Below are positions 40,101 through 52,030 of a stretch of DNA of 64,000 nucleotides, piece after piece. Source of the DNA: Moniliella sp. 'wahieum' (Eukaryota); the NCBI GenBank assembly GCA_003971905.1, contig RSEE01000055.1:372001-436000 (forward strand), written 5' to 3'. The notes beneath the pieces are model-generated. The model saw nothing but the letters and a program-made list of their open reading frames with translations, was not told the origin of the DNA and ran no database searches. A program made the position numbers and the translations under genes. The stretch's first letter is position 1; every line of letters starts with the position of its first letter.

Positions 40101-43100
40101 ATCTCTGTATCATCTATGATGTGAACGACTATATAACGTTGAAGGTTCAAGGTTGAAGGTTGAAGGTTGAAGGTTGAACCCGCCTTTTGCTGAACGGCTC
40201 CTTCGATGGAATCCAACCTTCTGCTTGATGCTGGCTGGGTCAGTGTCTCATCTCGATCATTCTTGTGGTTCTTGAGAGTTTGGATTACGGAGGTTGCTGA
40301 CAAGCCCAAATTCACCACAATATATTAACGTTTCTTTTGCTGTACGAAGAGATTATTGTATACCCTGTCTGCCTCTCATCTCCACCCGGTCTCAAAATAC
40401 CTAAAGCTAACAGTTCTATTCTCTCTTCTTAGGATACCCACATTACCAAATTCCAACCCTCAACCCGCAACCCTCAAGCTTCAAATGAAGCCGCCCGATA
40501 ACGTATAGGTCCTCTGCTGAGGGAGCCTCACTAATTATTATTGAGAACAACTTGAGGGTGGAGAGCCAGCGAGGAGAGAAGAGGTCTCTCTGCTCTACGA
40601 GCTTTGTGCGACTGCTCGCTTTGACTACCATTTATAGTTGCTACTGTAATTTTACTACGCTGCATTGCTTCCTCTTCACCTGTACTAGCCTGTTTGAGTT
40701 TTGACTCTCAGCTGAGCCTCAGCGCTGAGCCTCCGAGACACGTTGAAAAGTGCCGTCACTCTGTCACTCTGTGACTCTGCCAAATTCTGCTCACACGTTT
40801 GTGCCCCCCCACAAAGACGGAGGGGAGAGTCTGGGACATGCCAGAGGTGACAGTCTACGAATAATTTAAGGGCACTGGCGACAGCTCATATATCCTTCTT
40901 CTGTTGGTGCTGTTTTGTTCGCATTATTCGTGTGGCCTACCTCTTGATGGAGGAAGAATGGAGTGAACCCAAGGTGGGCGAGCGAGGCAAGAAGAGAGTC
41001 AGGTGGACCCACATTGAGACGATCAGTAGGACCAGCAGCAGCGTTTTTGATGATGTATTGGGACGCAGAGGTCAACCAATACCCCCCCACCCAAAACGGC
41101 ACACCCCGGGGAATATAGCAAGACTAACTAATAAAGGGGAGTTGGCATCCTGGAAAGGGAATCTCCCTGCAGATGGACATGGTTTATTGATCGTTGATAG
41201 TAGTTCTTCATCCAGTCTGTCACCCCTCTGGCTCGTCGGGCAAGGGGGGGGGGGGCGAGACCGGGCGTATAGACCCGAAACGTGGGCTTCGTACCAAAGA
41301 ACTGTCCTTCTGCCTGGTTACCGGTATTCTGCTGTACTGAGTCCTAGCGTCGGAGGCCGATGTTGAGGGAGGATGTAGGACAAGGCGATCGGCCGCTTGC
41401 CACAATCAAGTGCATTCTTGTTCAGAGGGGTGTTTATCTAGGCAGGCAATGTTCCGTGAGCTATAGGATGCGATATACTAAGCTGTGGTCCGTTGCGAGA
41501 CCACATGCCTGAAGCGCTGAAGGTAGCCCCCCCCCGCATGAACGCACCCACGGAGCACCGGCTATCAGAAGCCGAGAGAGATGAGCGATTGTAAGCGCAG
41601 CAGCGGTGCCAATGGTCGAATTGCCCTGTGACATGTGACACCTTCTCTACAACATAGGTTACAGGCACAAGGCGCGGATCAGAAAGGGAAGATACATATA
41701 CTGATTATCGATCAAAACCCCACCTCTCAGTACTGTGCCTTCATGCTGGAAGAGTTGGAAGAGGTGAACGAAGAGTGGACCAAAAAGTTTCTGCAATATC
41801 CATACCAAAACGTCTGGGTCTGGCACGGTTTGAGGAGAGGGGGTTTGTCCCGCTTCTCTAGTGTTCATGTAGTTTTGGGTTTTGGATAGGGACCAGGACC
41901 AGGACCGTAAGGAACCGAGTACTGAGTCTGAGTCTGAGATCATCTCAGCCTTAGAATGAGGACCGATTGGGGAAAAGATATGGACGCTGCTTCGTTGAGA
42001 TGGATGATCGATTATCGATTATCGATTATCCCGTAAGGAGATGCCCCGGCCAAATGTTGTTCTGGAGTCAATATTCAGTCCATACGTGGTGTGCAGTGGC
42101 GGCAGGTACCAGGTGGTGACATGGTGACATCTCAATAACCCAATGCCGTGACACAAAAGCGGCGTCAACACGTCAATCGCACGGGACTCTCGATAACGTT
42201 GTTAAGTACGTGTTCACAGTTGAACGTGGAATGCTAAGCGGCTCATCAGGCTGGGCCGTGGCAGTTACTGTTCAAGCTTCAAGGTACAAGGTACAATATT
42301 GGTCCACCGGCTGTCCACCAAGAGTATATACAGACAGACACAATGTCGTAACCGCATCCGGCAACTATTGCCCACATGGAAGCCGCCGGTACATCGTCGT
42401 AACTATTAACACGCCATAGTACTCCCCTGCCTGCAAATGCCTCCTTCAATTGTTGTCATGCATCTCTTGTCGATCAACCTTGCTCTTTCTTCGTAGGCGT
42501 TGGGCGGCTGAGCCTCAGCATCAAGCTGCTGTAAGCGTCAAGCTTCGAGCTTCAAGCTTCAAGCTTCAAGAGGGTCCATGATCGAATCCAGCATCGAGTT
42601 CGCGGAGGAGTGTACGTGGAAGCAGAGGCTGGCGCTGAGGTGCTGAAGAAGCTTGAAGCCAACAATGGAAGCGGATAGTCGTCGATCAGCAACAATTCAG
42701 ACTGGCATGCGCCGGTTGTCCGCATTCCAGGCATGCACCGCGCTGCCCATTCCTTTATTTTTTTTCAAACAATGGCTGGCGACAACGCAGCGAGCGAGCA
42801 CAGTCCTCAGCAAGTATACCACGCGTGATGTCACACATACTTTGAAATTTGAACGTTGAACGCCCGCCATTGACCATCCCTTTGCATCGCTCCGCCACGT
42901 TACTTACTCCCCCAGCCACCACCGTTATCTGCGTTCAATGGAACCATGACAACGAAGCAGCATCGACACTGTCGATCCGATCGGTCATTCTGCTTGTTCA
43001 GGCAACCCCAGTTCTGCACCCTTGGCCCCATGGACCAACACCCAGACCAGGAAGGGTTTGTGGCATGAGTGTATGAGAGAAGCCGGTGCCACACACTCAT

Positions 43101-43569
43101 GCCGCTCTTCCTCCGGCCTTTCTGGAACAGGAAGATCTTGTGGAAGGTGGGCAGGATCGCTGTGACATGTTACATGTTACAGGAAGAGTGCCCAAACAAG
43201 TAGGATCTGCATCCTGTCCAATCGAATCGTCCAGGCCCACACTCTAGCCCTTGCCCATTCTGGCCACAAAAGCCCAGAGCAGACGCATTCCGATCAACAT
43301 TATTCTTTCCTTACATGCTACATTTGGATCTCAGATCTCAGATCTCACCAGAGGACTGCGCACAACAGACGCTCCTACTGTGTGTTCCTACCTGTCGCTT
43401 TGCTACAACAGGCATGATGCATGATGCTCTTCTCTGCCACTGCTCTCCCTAGGTATAATCAAGAGCAAGATACTCAGCACAGCAGCAGTGTGGTATACCT
43501 ATCTATGGTGGCATCTCATACTACTGCCCCGCCTTAACCGTATGAACTAGTATCCAGGGTGCCCAGCTG

Positions 43570-43577
43570 TATATAAA
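43570..43577 (+). promoter_or_regulatory. Putative TATA box for the secreted repeat-protein gene
   Basis: TATATAAA about 155 nt upstream of ATG 43726, followed by a pyrimidine-rich leader. Confidence 0.45.
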
Positions 43578-43725
43578 CCAGGGCCTATGTGTGGTCCTAT
43601 TGACTCTATCTTCATCATCTCTTCTCCCCACACCCCCACCACCCCCACCACCCCCCTCCTTCACTTACCGCGGGCACCTCTTCTTCCCCCCCACTCTTTT
43701 CCCTCACGGTATACGCTCTTTGATC

Positions 43726-45333
43726 ATGAAGGTCTTTAGTTCCTTGCTCGCTTGGACGATGGCCCTGGCAGTCGTTTCCTATGTTGAAGCAGCCAAATAC
43801 ACTCTTCCCACCAAGCAAATGTGCCTCAACCGGTTTTCGCACACTGACAAGGGTACGTTGCAACGCCTTTTCCCTTCTCCTTTCTCCGAAGACGACACAC
43901 ACCATGATCGAGCGGATGAACTAACATTGAACTGTTTTTTTCATATCCAGACAACCGTGTGACTGTGCACGTGTCCTGCTTGCAGTACGGCATTGCCAAG
44001 GACAGCAGTGTGAGGGACCGGGTGGTCCATGGCAATGGCAAGCGCGAGTCTCGGCCCAAAGCGCGCCACTTGCGCGCCAACCCGCACGAGGGCATCCTAG
44101 CCCAGCGAGATGGCACAACGCTCTTGTCGGGCTTGGTCAACGTGGCGGTAGGCGGCAACGTGACCAACAACTACAACCAATGCAATGGCGACAGCCCCAT
44201 CCTTTGGTTTGATCAACATTGCCATCGACGGTCACATTACCAACAACTACAAGAGAGGCAACTTGGATGACATCTTGGATGGCCTGGTCAATGTCGGTAT
44301 CCTCGGAGGTGATGTGACCAACAATTTTAATTCCCCCCCAGACTGCGGTGCTTCCTCAAGCACTTCTTCCCCCTCTTCTTCGTCGGCGTCGTCGACCACT
44401 GCTCTCAGTCCTCTTCCACGGCTAGTAGCAAATCTTCCTCGTCGCGCTCGTCTACGACCACTGCCTCCCGTTCTTCCTCGGTCTCGTCCTCCTCGGTCTC
44501 GTCCTCGTCCTCGTCCTCCTCGGTCTCGTCCTCGTCCTCGTCCTCCTCGTCCTCGTCCTCCTCGTCCTCGTCCTCGTCCCACTCATCTTCTTCGTCCGTG
44601 GAACCGCCGCCGCAATGCGGTCCCACCTCGGTGCATCACCATTCTTCCTCCTACCTCGTCGTCATCGTCTACTTCCACCCCCGCTCACCACCATCACTCG
44701 CACTCGCATTCGCGCTCTCAGTCCCCTTCCAAGTCTCATTCCAAGTCTCATTCCAAGTCGCGCTCGCGTCACCATTCTTCCTCTGCGTCGTCCACCCACT
44801 CGCGCCACCACCACTCTTCCTCCTCCAAGTCCCACACGCATACCCCCAAGTCCTCGTCCCACAGTAGCACGAGCCACCACCATCACCCTTCGTCCTCGAC
44901 CAAGTCGTCTACCAAGTCTTCGAGCAAGTCGTCGACCAAGCCTTCGAGCAAGTCGTCTACCAAGCCTTCGAGCAAGTCGTCCAGCAGCCTTTCGTCGACC
45001 AAGTCGTCCAGCAGCCTTTCGTCGACCAAGTCTTCCAGCAGCCTTTCGTCGACCAAGTCTTCCAGCAGTATCTCGTCGACCAAGTCTTCCAGCAATATCT
45101 CGTCGACCAAGTCCCGCAGCAGCTCTTCGCCTACCAGCAGCCATTCCTCGACCCGATCCTCTTCGTCCAGCAGCCGTTCGTCGAGTCAATCTTCATCGTC
45201 CTCGTCGTCATCATCTTCTTCTTCTTCCTCCTCGTCCCGCCCTACCTCTTCTTCCTCAGGAGGGGGAAACAACCTGCTTGACGGTATCCTCAACGTGGGT
45301 GCTTTGGGGGGGCAGGTCAACAACAACTTTTAG
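43726..45333 (+). CDS. Secreted Ser/His-rich protein with four amphipathic LxGLVNV..GGxVTNN[FY] repeats (repellent-like)
   Basis: Signal peptide MKVFSSLLAWTMALAVVSYVEA. Intron 43853-43950. KR sites at ~44040 and ~44251. Repeats at 44121, 44203, 44272 and 45274, with a long Ser-rich spacer. TAG at 45331-45333. Confidence 0.8.
44992..45110 (+). repeat. 27-bp coding tandem repeat (SSTKSSSS[L/I]) x~4.5
   Basis: TCGTCGACCAAGTCKTCCAGCAGCCTT-like units inside the secreted protein, preceded by 24-bp SSTKPSSK units. Confidence 0.85.
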
Positions 45334-47343
45334 AAAATAACCTACTGTCATCTTATTGATGTCTCTCCCTCCCTCCATTCGGGCGGTTCCGTTGCAGCAA
45401 GAAGTCGATCACCCGACTCGACTGTGTGCATTTCGGCCCTCCCACCCCCACCCCCTTTTTCACATCTTGGGGGCCGAGCTGGTTCTCTGGTCCCTTCAAT
45501 TTCTTTGTCTCTCGTTTTCCGGATCCCCTTTCTCCTCGTGAACCTCCCTCTCACCTCCCTCTCTTCTTTACCGCCTTTTCCTTCCGTTGTCCCCTTGGTC
45601 CTCGTCTTGTGTCTACTATCATTTTCATGAGCTCTTTTCCCTCTCACGTTCTTCATATTGTTAGGTCGAGCTCTTCAGTTCTCAGTTGGTATATAGCTGC
45701 CTTCCCCCTGATTGCATCTCGACCACCTCTTCCCCTACTGCCTTGCTCGCCTGCCACTGCCACAGCGATATAAATTGCGTCTTTTCTGTATGTTTATGCC
45801 CCGTGTTTGATTTCCTAGAGACGATCATTGAGATCAATCATCGAATGTATCAATGCATTGACCACTGTGATGCAATGTGTGACCAATGGTTGGTCGATTG
45901 ATATATTGGTCGGGCGAGGATGGAGGCCGCTGCGCTTTGGGGCTGGGATCTGCTGGGAGACGGGCAGGAAGCTTGCTGTGGGGAAGCAGGGACGGATGCC
46001 CTACGCCTGTGGCGGCAGACTGGACGGCGGGGGCGGGTGGAGGCGGGTGGAGGCGATTGCCAAGCCTAGGCGGCTTGGCAAACAAGACGCCCGCCCACAC
46101 ACGGCGCAGAGGGGCGCTGTGCTACGAGGATCAGCATCACATGCACATGCATCACTGGTCACCATGCATCATGCATTCCTTCGCACTGCGACCCTACGCA
46201 CTACGCCATACTCAGCACCCGCCCAGACTCAGCCTCGCGCTTTGCCAAGCGAATGCGAGCAACTGCCTCCACACTCGGCTGCTGCTGCACCCAGCACGAC
46301 ACCCGTGTTCCGCAGGCCATACGATCGCCCCTGGGGCTGTCTGCCTTGCTGGGGCAGCAGCCGAGAGGCCGATCCGCCGTGCGCTGCACATTCTCTGTTC
46401 TTGGTCCCTCGTGCACACCATGGTTACTCTGGTCCCAGTACCCAGTCACTATAGCCACGAGCCACTAGCCACTAGTCACTGTGCTGGCCATTCCCTCGGG
46501 CCTCCACGCTTCCGCCGTGGCTGGGCGTGCGCAGGCGTGAGCTGGGCATGCCATGCTGGCATACTGGAATGGACGACGCGAAGGGGAGGGAAGACATGCC
46601 AAGGCGGCGAGGCGAATGGGAGAGAAACGCCATGCCAAGGCAGCGCAGCGTGTTGGGCATTGCGAATGCAACCACAGTGGCGCGATACTCGTGTTGAACG
46701 TGGAGACGAGCACATGCACACCGTCTGTCTCTACGCCGCCAGCCACCCCTCCGGCACCCCGACAGCCTGAGCCCCCCACAAGCCTACGCAGCTCGGCCGA
46801 GCGTGGGGCGCTGCCAAGACGCACTGCGGTCGATGATGATGAATCGACGAGGAGCGATCATTGATCGTTGATCAGCACGTACTCAGTATTCAGAACCCAG
46901 TACTCAGTACCCACAATCACCATATGACCCGTATGATCTCTCTGCGCCCAAACGTTAATCGCAGTGCCTCCAAGCTCCCGGAGAGGACTGTCTGACAGGG
47001 CCCCATAGTCGGCATGATGTTTTCCCGTAGCCAGCCTGTCTGCCTCAACGCCTCGCTCCATCCTTGTGCCCCGCACCATTGGCTCAGGCACCGCACCGCC
47101 GCCGCAGCCCTTCTCAGCGCTCAGCCCCCCATCCACCTCCCGCCCCGCCCCGCCTTTTCGTCTGACACCTTCGTCCTCATCCGTATCTGTATCCTTATCC
47201 CCATCCCCATCCTCACCCCCCCCCTCGGGCCCCTCCCACCAACCACCGCACGCCCCCCTCCTCCACTCTCCTTTCACTGCCCGCTGTCCCCTGCTCCACG
47301 ACAGCCTCTCGGCTTCGCATTTCCCCTCCTCCGCCTTGGCACA

Positions 47344-48964
47344 ATGCGCTTCCGTCCCTTGCCCGCTGTCTTCCTCGCCCTCTCCTTGCTTCTCGCCCTC
47401 TTTGCTCTCCTGTACAGGCGGCGAGCCAGGAGGGAGAGCCAGGCCGACCCTACCCCCGCCGCGACAGTCCCAAGGTCTTGTTCCAGGGCCATCGACAGCT
47501 CAGCCATCCCCGAACCCCGCTTCGATCCCTTTTACCTCCGCCCCGGCAACCTGAGCCTGTACAAACCAGGCGATGTCATCCGCCATCGCGTCATTCAGGC
47601 CCAATACAAAATCAATGGCGCCGGGCGCGTCTCCCAGATTGCGTACCGCACCACCAACTCCCAAGGCCATCCCTCTACCTCGGTCACCACCATCATCGAG
47701 CCTTCTCGCGGCGTTCAGCCCCGGATGCTGTCCTACCACATCTGGGAGGACTCGACCAACCGCAACTGTGCTCCTTCCTACACCATTCTAAAGGAAGCGA
47801 TGCGCCCAACATTATGGTTTTGGGTGCGTTTGTTTCCTCCTTTCTCTTTGCTCGATATATCTAAGCACGCCGCGTGGTTGCTCCCCCCCACCCCACGGAT
47901 TCCATCCCTGCTGACACCGACCGGTTTTGCGATTGCCATTGCAGGTGATGATGTGCCGATCTGGTGGTCGTTCCTGCTCAACAACGGGATCAGCGTTGTG
48001 GTACCGGATTATGAGGGCCCCAAATCGGCGCTCTTTGCTGGGTTTACAGCCGGCTACGCCATTCTGGATTCCGCTCGGGCAGTGAAGCAGTACATGGCCT
48101 GGCCGGCCGATGCTCGGATTGCCATGACGGGCTACTGGAGGGCGCCCACGTTACCCCTGGGCAGCGAATCTGGCTCCGTCGTACGCCTGAACTCAACATT
48201 GTTGTGTTACGCATGGCGGCACCCCCATCGACATGGAACTGTCGTTGCGTCATTTTGACAATACGCCCTTTTCGGGCTTTACGCTGGGCGGCATGATGGC
48301 ATCTGGGCTTATCCTAAGTTCAACCGGACCATCACCCAATTGCCGACAAGCGCGTTCTCGATGACTTGGCAACCATCTATGCCCCGCCCGTTTGTCATTC
48401 CATCCTACGCGGCGCCCAGTTTGCTGGCATTCCCTACATGGAGATGCTCAATTTACCTGGTGGCGATCCCTATGCGCATCCGGTCGTCAGGGTGCTGGCG
48501 CGCGAGACAATGTGGAGCAACAAGTCTTCGGTTGGCGTTGGGTATCCTACTTTTCCCCGTATGATCTACCACGGCCGCAACGACGATGTGATCAGCTTTG
48601 AAGCGGTCCAGGTGTACGTCGACCAAAATGTTCCCACCCTGGTGTCAGATCCAGTTCAACGTGTACGAGCCAATGCGCACACAGCTCCCCAACTCGTCCT
48701 CGGTGGCGACTTGAATGCAATGAAGTTTGTTTTGGAAGTGATGGAGTCCAATGGCAATTCCTCACCCCCGTCCCGTGTGGTCAACCTTCCCTGGCCTACT
48801 CAACCTTGCCCCTGGGGCATCACAACATCCTCGGCGGCGATATTGTCAAGGGCATCCAAGACCTCAAAGATCAAATCGGTTCTTCCGCCGACATGCCCAA
48901 TGTTGGATTTGGTAGCGTTCCCATGTTGCTCAAGATGCTCCAGAAGCTCATTCCCCCCTTTTAA
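47344..48964 (+). CDS. Secretory lipase (LIP / Candida antarctica lipase A-like family)
   Basis: Signal-like MRFRPLPAVFLALSLLLAL, DPFY, AYRTTNSQG, LSYHIWEDS..NCAPSY, VVVPDYEGP, AILDSARA, IAMTGY(S)GG (frameshifted nucleophile elbow), IYHGRNDDVI. Intron 47824-47944. Ends KLIPPF*. Confidence 0.88.
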
Positions 48965-50751
48965 CTTGGTCTTTTTCTTTCGTTCGATGACGCACTTGTT
49001 GATTTGCTCTTACCCCCCCCTTCCTTCGGAGAAAGTGCCTGGGGTCAGCACGGTATATGTGCTGGAGCTTGGGTTGTTGCTCGGCTACCTTCTCCGTCGG
49101 CCTGTTCCCGTGCCCGGCTGTTCGAACCAAGTGATCCGGGCTGGTACTGCCCTTCATTGCCAAACCTGCCAATCACTTTGGCTCTTTCCTTTCCAGCTCG
49201 CCACGAACGGGCCCTCCCCCCCCCCCCCCTGAGGCTGAGGCACCGTAGGTTACCCCGTTCTCCCCCTTCTCTTCTTTCGTTTCATTATTAATTTCCTCGT
49301 GTTCTCCTCGGCTTTTTCCTTTGCCTTTGCTCTACCTTCCTACTACCACCTCCTCACCCTTTCCCTCTCTCTCCACCTATCGTTCTATCGTTCTTTGCAC
49401 CGCGGCTCATCGAGCTCCTCTCTCTTTTTTGTTATCCTCCCTTTGCTTTGACTCTTCATCTCTCTCCGCGTTTGGCCGGGTATTATTAGCATTCCATTTG
49501 GCTGCAATGTGCATTGGGGACGAGGAGAGGATGCGAAACCACAGTGGCCAAGGGTTGGTGTGGTCACGCCATCCTCTCGTTCCCCCGTCTGTCTCTGGGT
49601 TTGTCGTGGTCTTTGGTCGTGCCGGTGTGGGTTCTGCGGGTTTGGGGTTAGATCAGGGTTGGGTTGCACTCCTCGTATATCCACTTCAATGCCCCTCTCC
49701 ACCCTTCTTGCTCCCCTCTTGCCTCTCCTGCCGAGTTGTTTGTAAAATGACCAAGAAAAGTCTCTTTGGGCAGCCTTTCCCAGTTCCTTCCAGCGGCAGG
49801 TGCTGTGCATAGTCTCATTCCGTCCCGTCGTCTTGGTCAAAGGGCAGGGGGTATAGAACTACACATCTCACGTCGGCCCCTTGGTGACGTTGATGTACCA
49901 CCTGGGTATATCCATGGTACCTTCACGTCCATGACTTATGTTCAGTTCAGAGACAGTACGGCACAGTGCTATACGGCTATGCACGGCGCTTTTTCTTGTG
50001 GTAGTCTCTGGCCGTGGTCTTGACCTCTGCATGGTGGATCACTATATATAATGTAAGTACTAAGACGATGGTGGGAGTGTGTCTGCAGAGTTAGTGACTC
50101 GTCGTGCGGTTGCTTTGCGCTATACCCCCCGCTATATCCCCCCCCCCCCCCCACTCTTGTTCATACCTCCCAGGCGCGATGAACGTTTGCCATTCCTCTC
50201 TGGCACCATGTCCACAGACACCCCGACCAAGGCATTGAAGCTATCGACGGACTGCCCCCTATCCCATCAGCCCACTCTCCTGCTGCCCAAAGGCGAGTCG
50301 GCCATCCCCCGTTTCATACTGGCTACGAGACTTGCAACTAGTTTTCCTGCCAAGGCGAACCGAACCTTTCTCCTGTCGTGCTCTTCACTACAACACTGTG
50401 CCCGACTCTGGACGGGGCTAAAGGTGGGTCGTCAAGTTAGCCTAAGCAGACCAGGGAGACGAGGTAGACCATGTAGACCATTTTAGGATTGCATGGGCCG
50501 AACAGAAACGGTACCCAAAAAGAGCAACCATTTCCGGCTCTGGGATGACACAGTATCACTTTACTGTCCCATCCCGTGCGAAGCGACAAAACAGATGGAG
50601 CAACGGGTAGGTCGTCCGGTCACTGTTCCGTCTTTTGGTAAGGGTGGTGAGGGTGGTTAAGGGCGGCAGGGGTGAGGGGGAGGGAGAGAAAAAAGAGACC
50701 AAAGATGCAGTCCTGTCCTTCTCTCAACAGAGTATCGTAGCCTTCTGGTCT

Positions 50752-51201
50752 TTAGTTCGACACCGAGGAGAGCAGGTCCGAGTCACCCGCGTCCGTAACC
50801 GCGAGCACACTAGATCAAAGCCATGTCAGTCAGTATACGGTAAGTGGGTCAACCCGGCAAGAGGGGGAAGAGAACCAGAGAGGAAGAGGAAGAAAGAAAA
50901 AATAAAGAAAAAACACGTACCCAACACGGAAGAGCTTCCCGGACGCCGTGCCCAGAGCCACATTCGAGCCCTGGTAGTGGTGCACCAAGGTCTTGGACAG
51001 CATGGCGTAGTACTCCAGCTCCGACTTGCGCAGCGGCGGCGTGTTGGCCGAGATGAGAACCAACTTGGCCTTGCCATTGCGCAGGGTCTTGAGCGTGCTC
51101 GAGTAGCCCAGTTGCACCTTGCCCGACTTCATGACAAGTTGCAACTTGCCATTGATGTTCTCCTGCGTCGAGGTCTTCTTCTTGTTGCTCACAGGCGCCA
51201 T
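50752..51201 (-). CDS. RPL30: 60S ribosomal protein eL30
   Basis: [20 protein letters not shown]...[17 protein letters not shown]...[25 protein letters not shown]. Intron 50810-50920. Probable 5'UTR intron 51208-51488 (GTAAGT...ACTGAC...CAG). Confidence 0.96.
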
Positions 51202-52030
51202 CTTGGACTGCATCATACCAGTCTGTCAGTATGGAACGTTCCCAGTTGCAGCATCAACGCGGCCACCACCCTTCCAGCTCAGCCATCACGCTTAGGTCCA
51301 GCCCCCGCATGCAACCCTCAACAACGTTCGGGTCCGGCTAGGGTGCCGCAGCCGCACCGAAAGTAGGACGAAGCCATTTCGGCGATTAATACGGCTGGCC
51401 GGGCTGGCGGGCAGGATGGGGGGAAGGACGGGAGGGCAGCAGGCCAGGAAAGAGCGTCGACGACAACACCTCAGGGGGCGATACTTACGAGTTTGTCGGT
51501 CCGGTCGGGGGCGTTGAGGAGACACGAAGCAGAGGTTTGGACCGCCCTGCTCGATGGCAGCGAAGGTTAGGGTTCCCGCCCTGCCCCCGGCCCCGCCGCC
51601 AGACTGTCGCCATGCCGAATCATCAGCGACCGCAGCAATCACATAACACTGGTCGGATGCCGGCGTCATAAAAATTGCGCCTCCGAGGCCACACTGCTGA
51701 GTGCCCGTGACCTGTGCGGGTTGGGGGGCGGGGCTGGGGCGGAACGGAGGGGGGGCAGTCAGCCAGCGGAGAGCAAAGAGAGACACTGGCCGAAGTGGCT
51801 GCTGCTGCTACACCACCTCGCCTTCCCCCTTCCCCGCTAGGCTCGTTTATCAAGTACGTTTGACCGATCCAGGCTGTGGTCCTGCGCACGCTCCTGGGCA
51901 TTGATTTCATCTGCCATGCCCATCTGGACCGGGGGTGCGCTTGGTCCCGCGTGCGGGAGTAGCGATGCATCCTGAGTCTGAGCCACTGACTCACTGTTCT
52001 TCTTTTTGGCCCTCCCCTCCCCGTTCAGAC

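Noticed and set aside
44405..45189. Minus-strand acidic or Arg-rich repeat ORFs (EDEDE, LVDERLLED, AAGRLGRR)
   Set aside because: Antisense readings of the Ser-rich region of the secreted protein on +.
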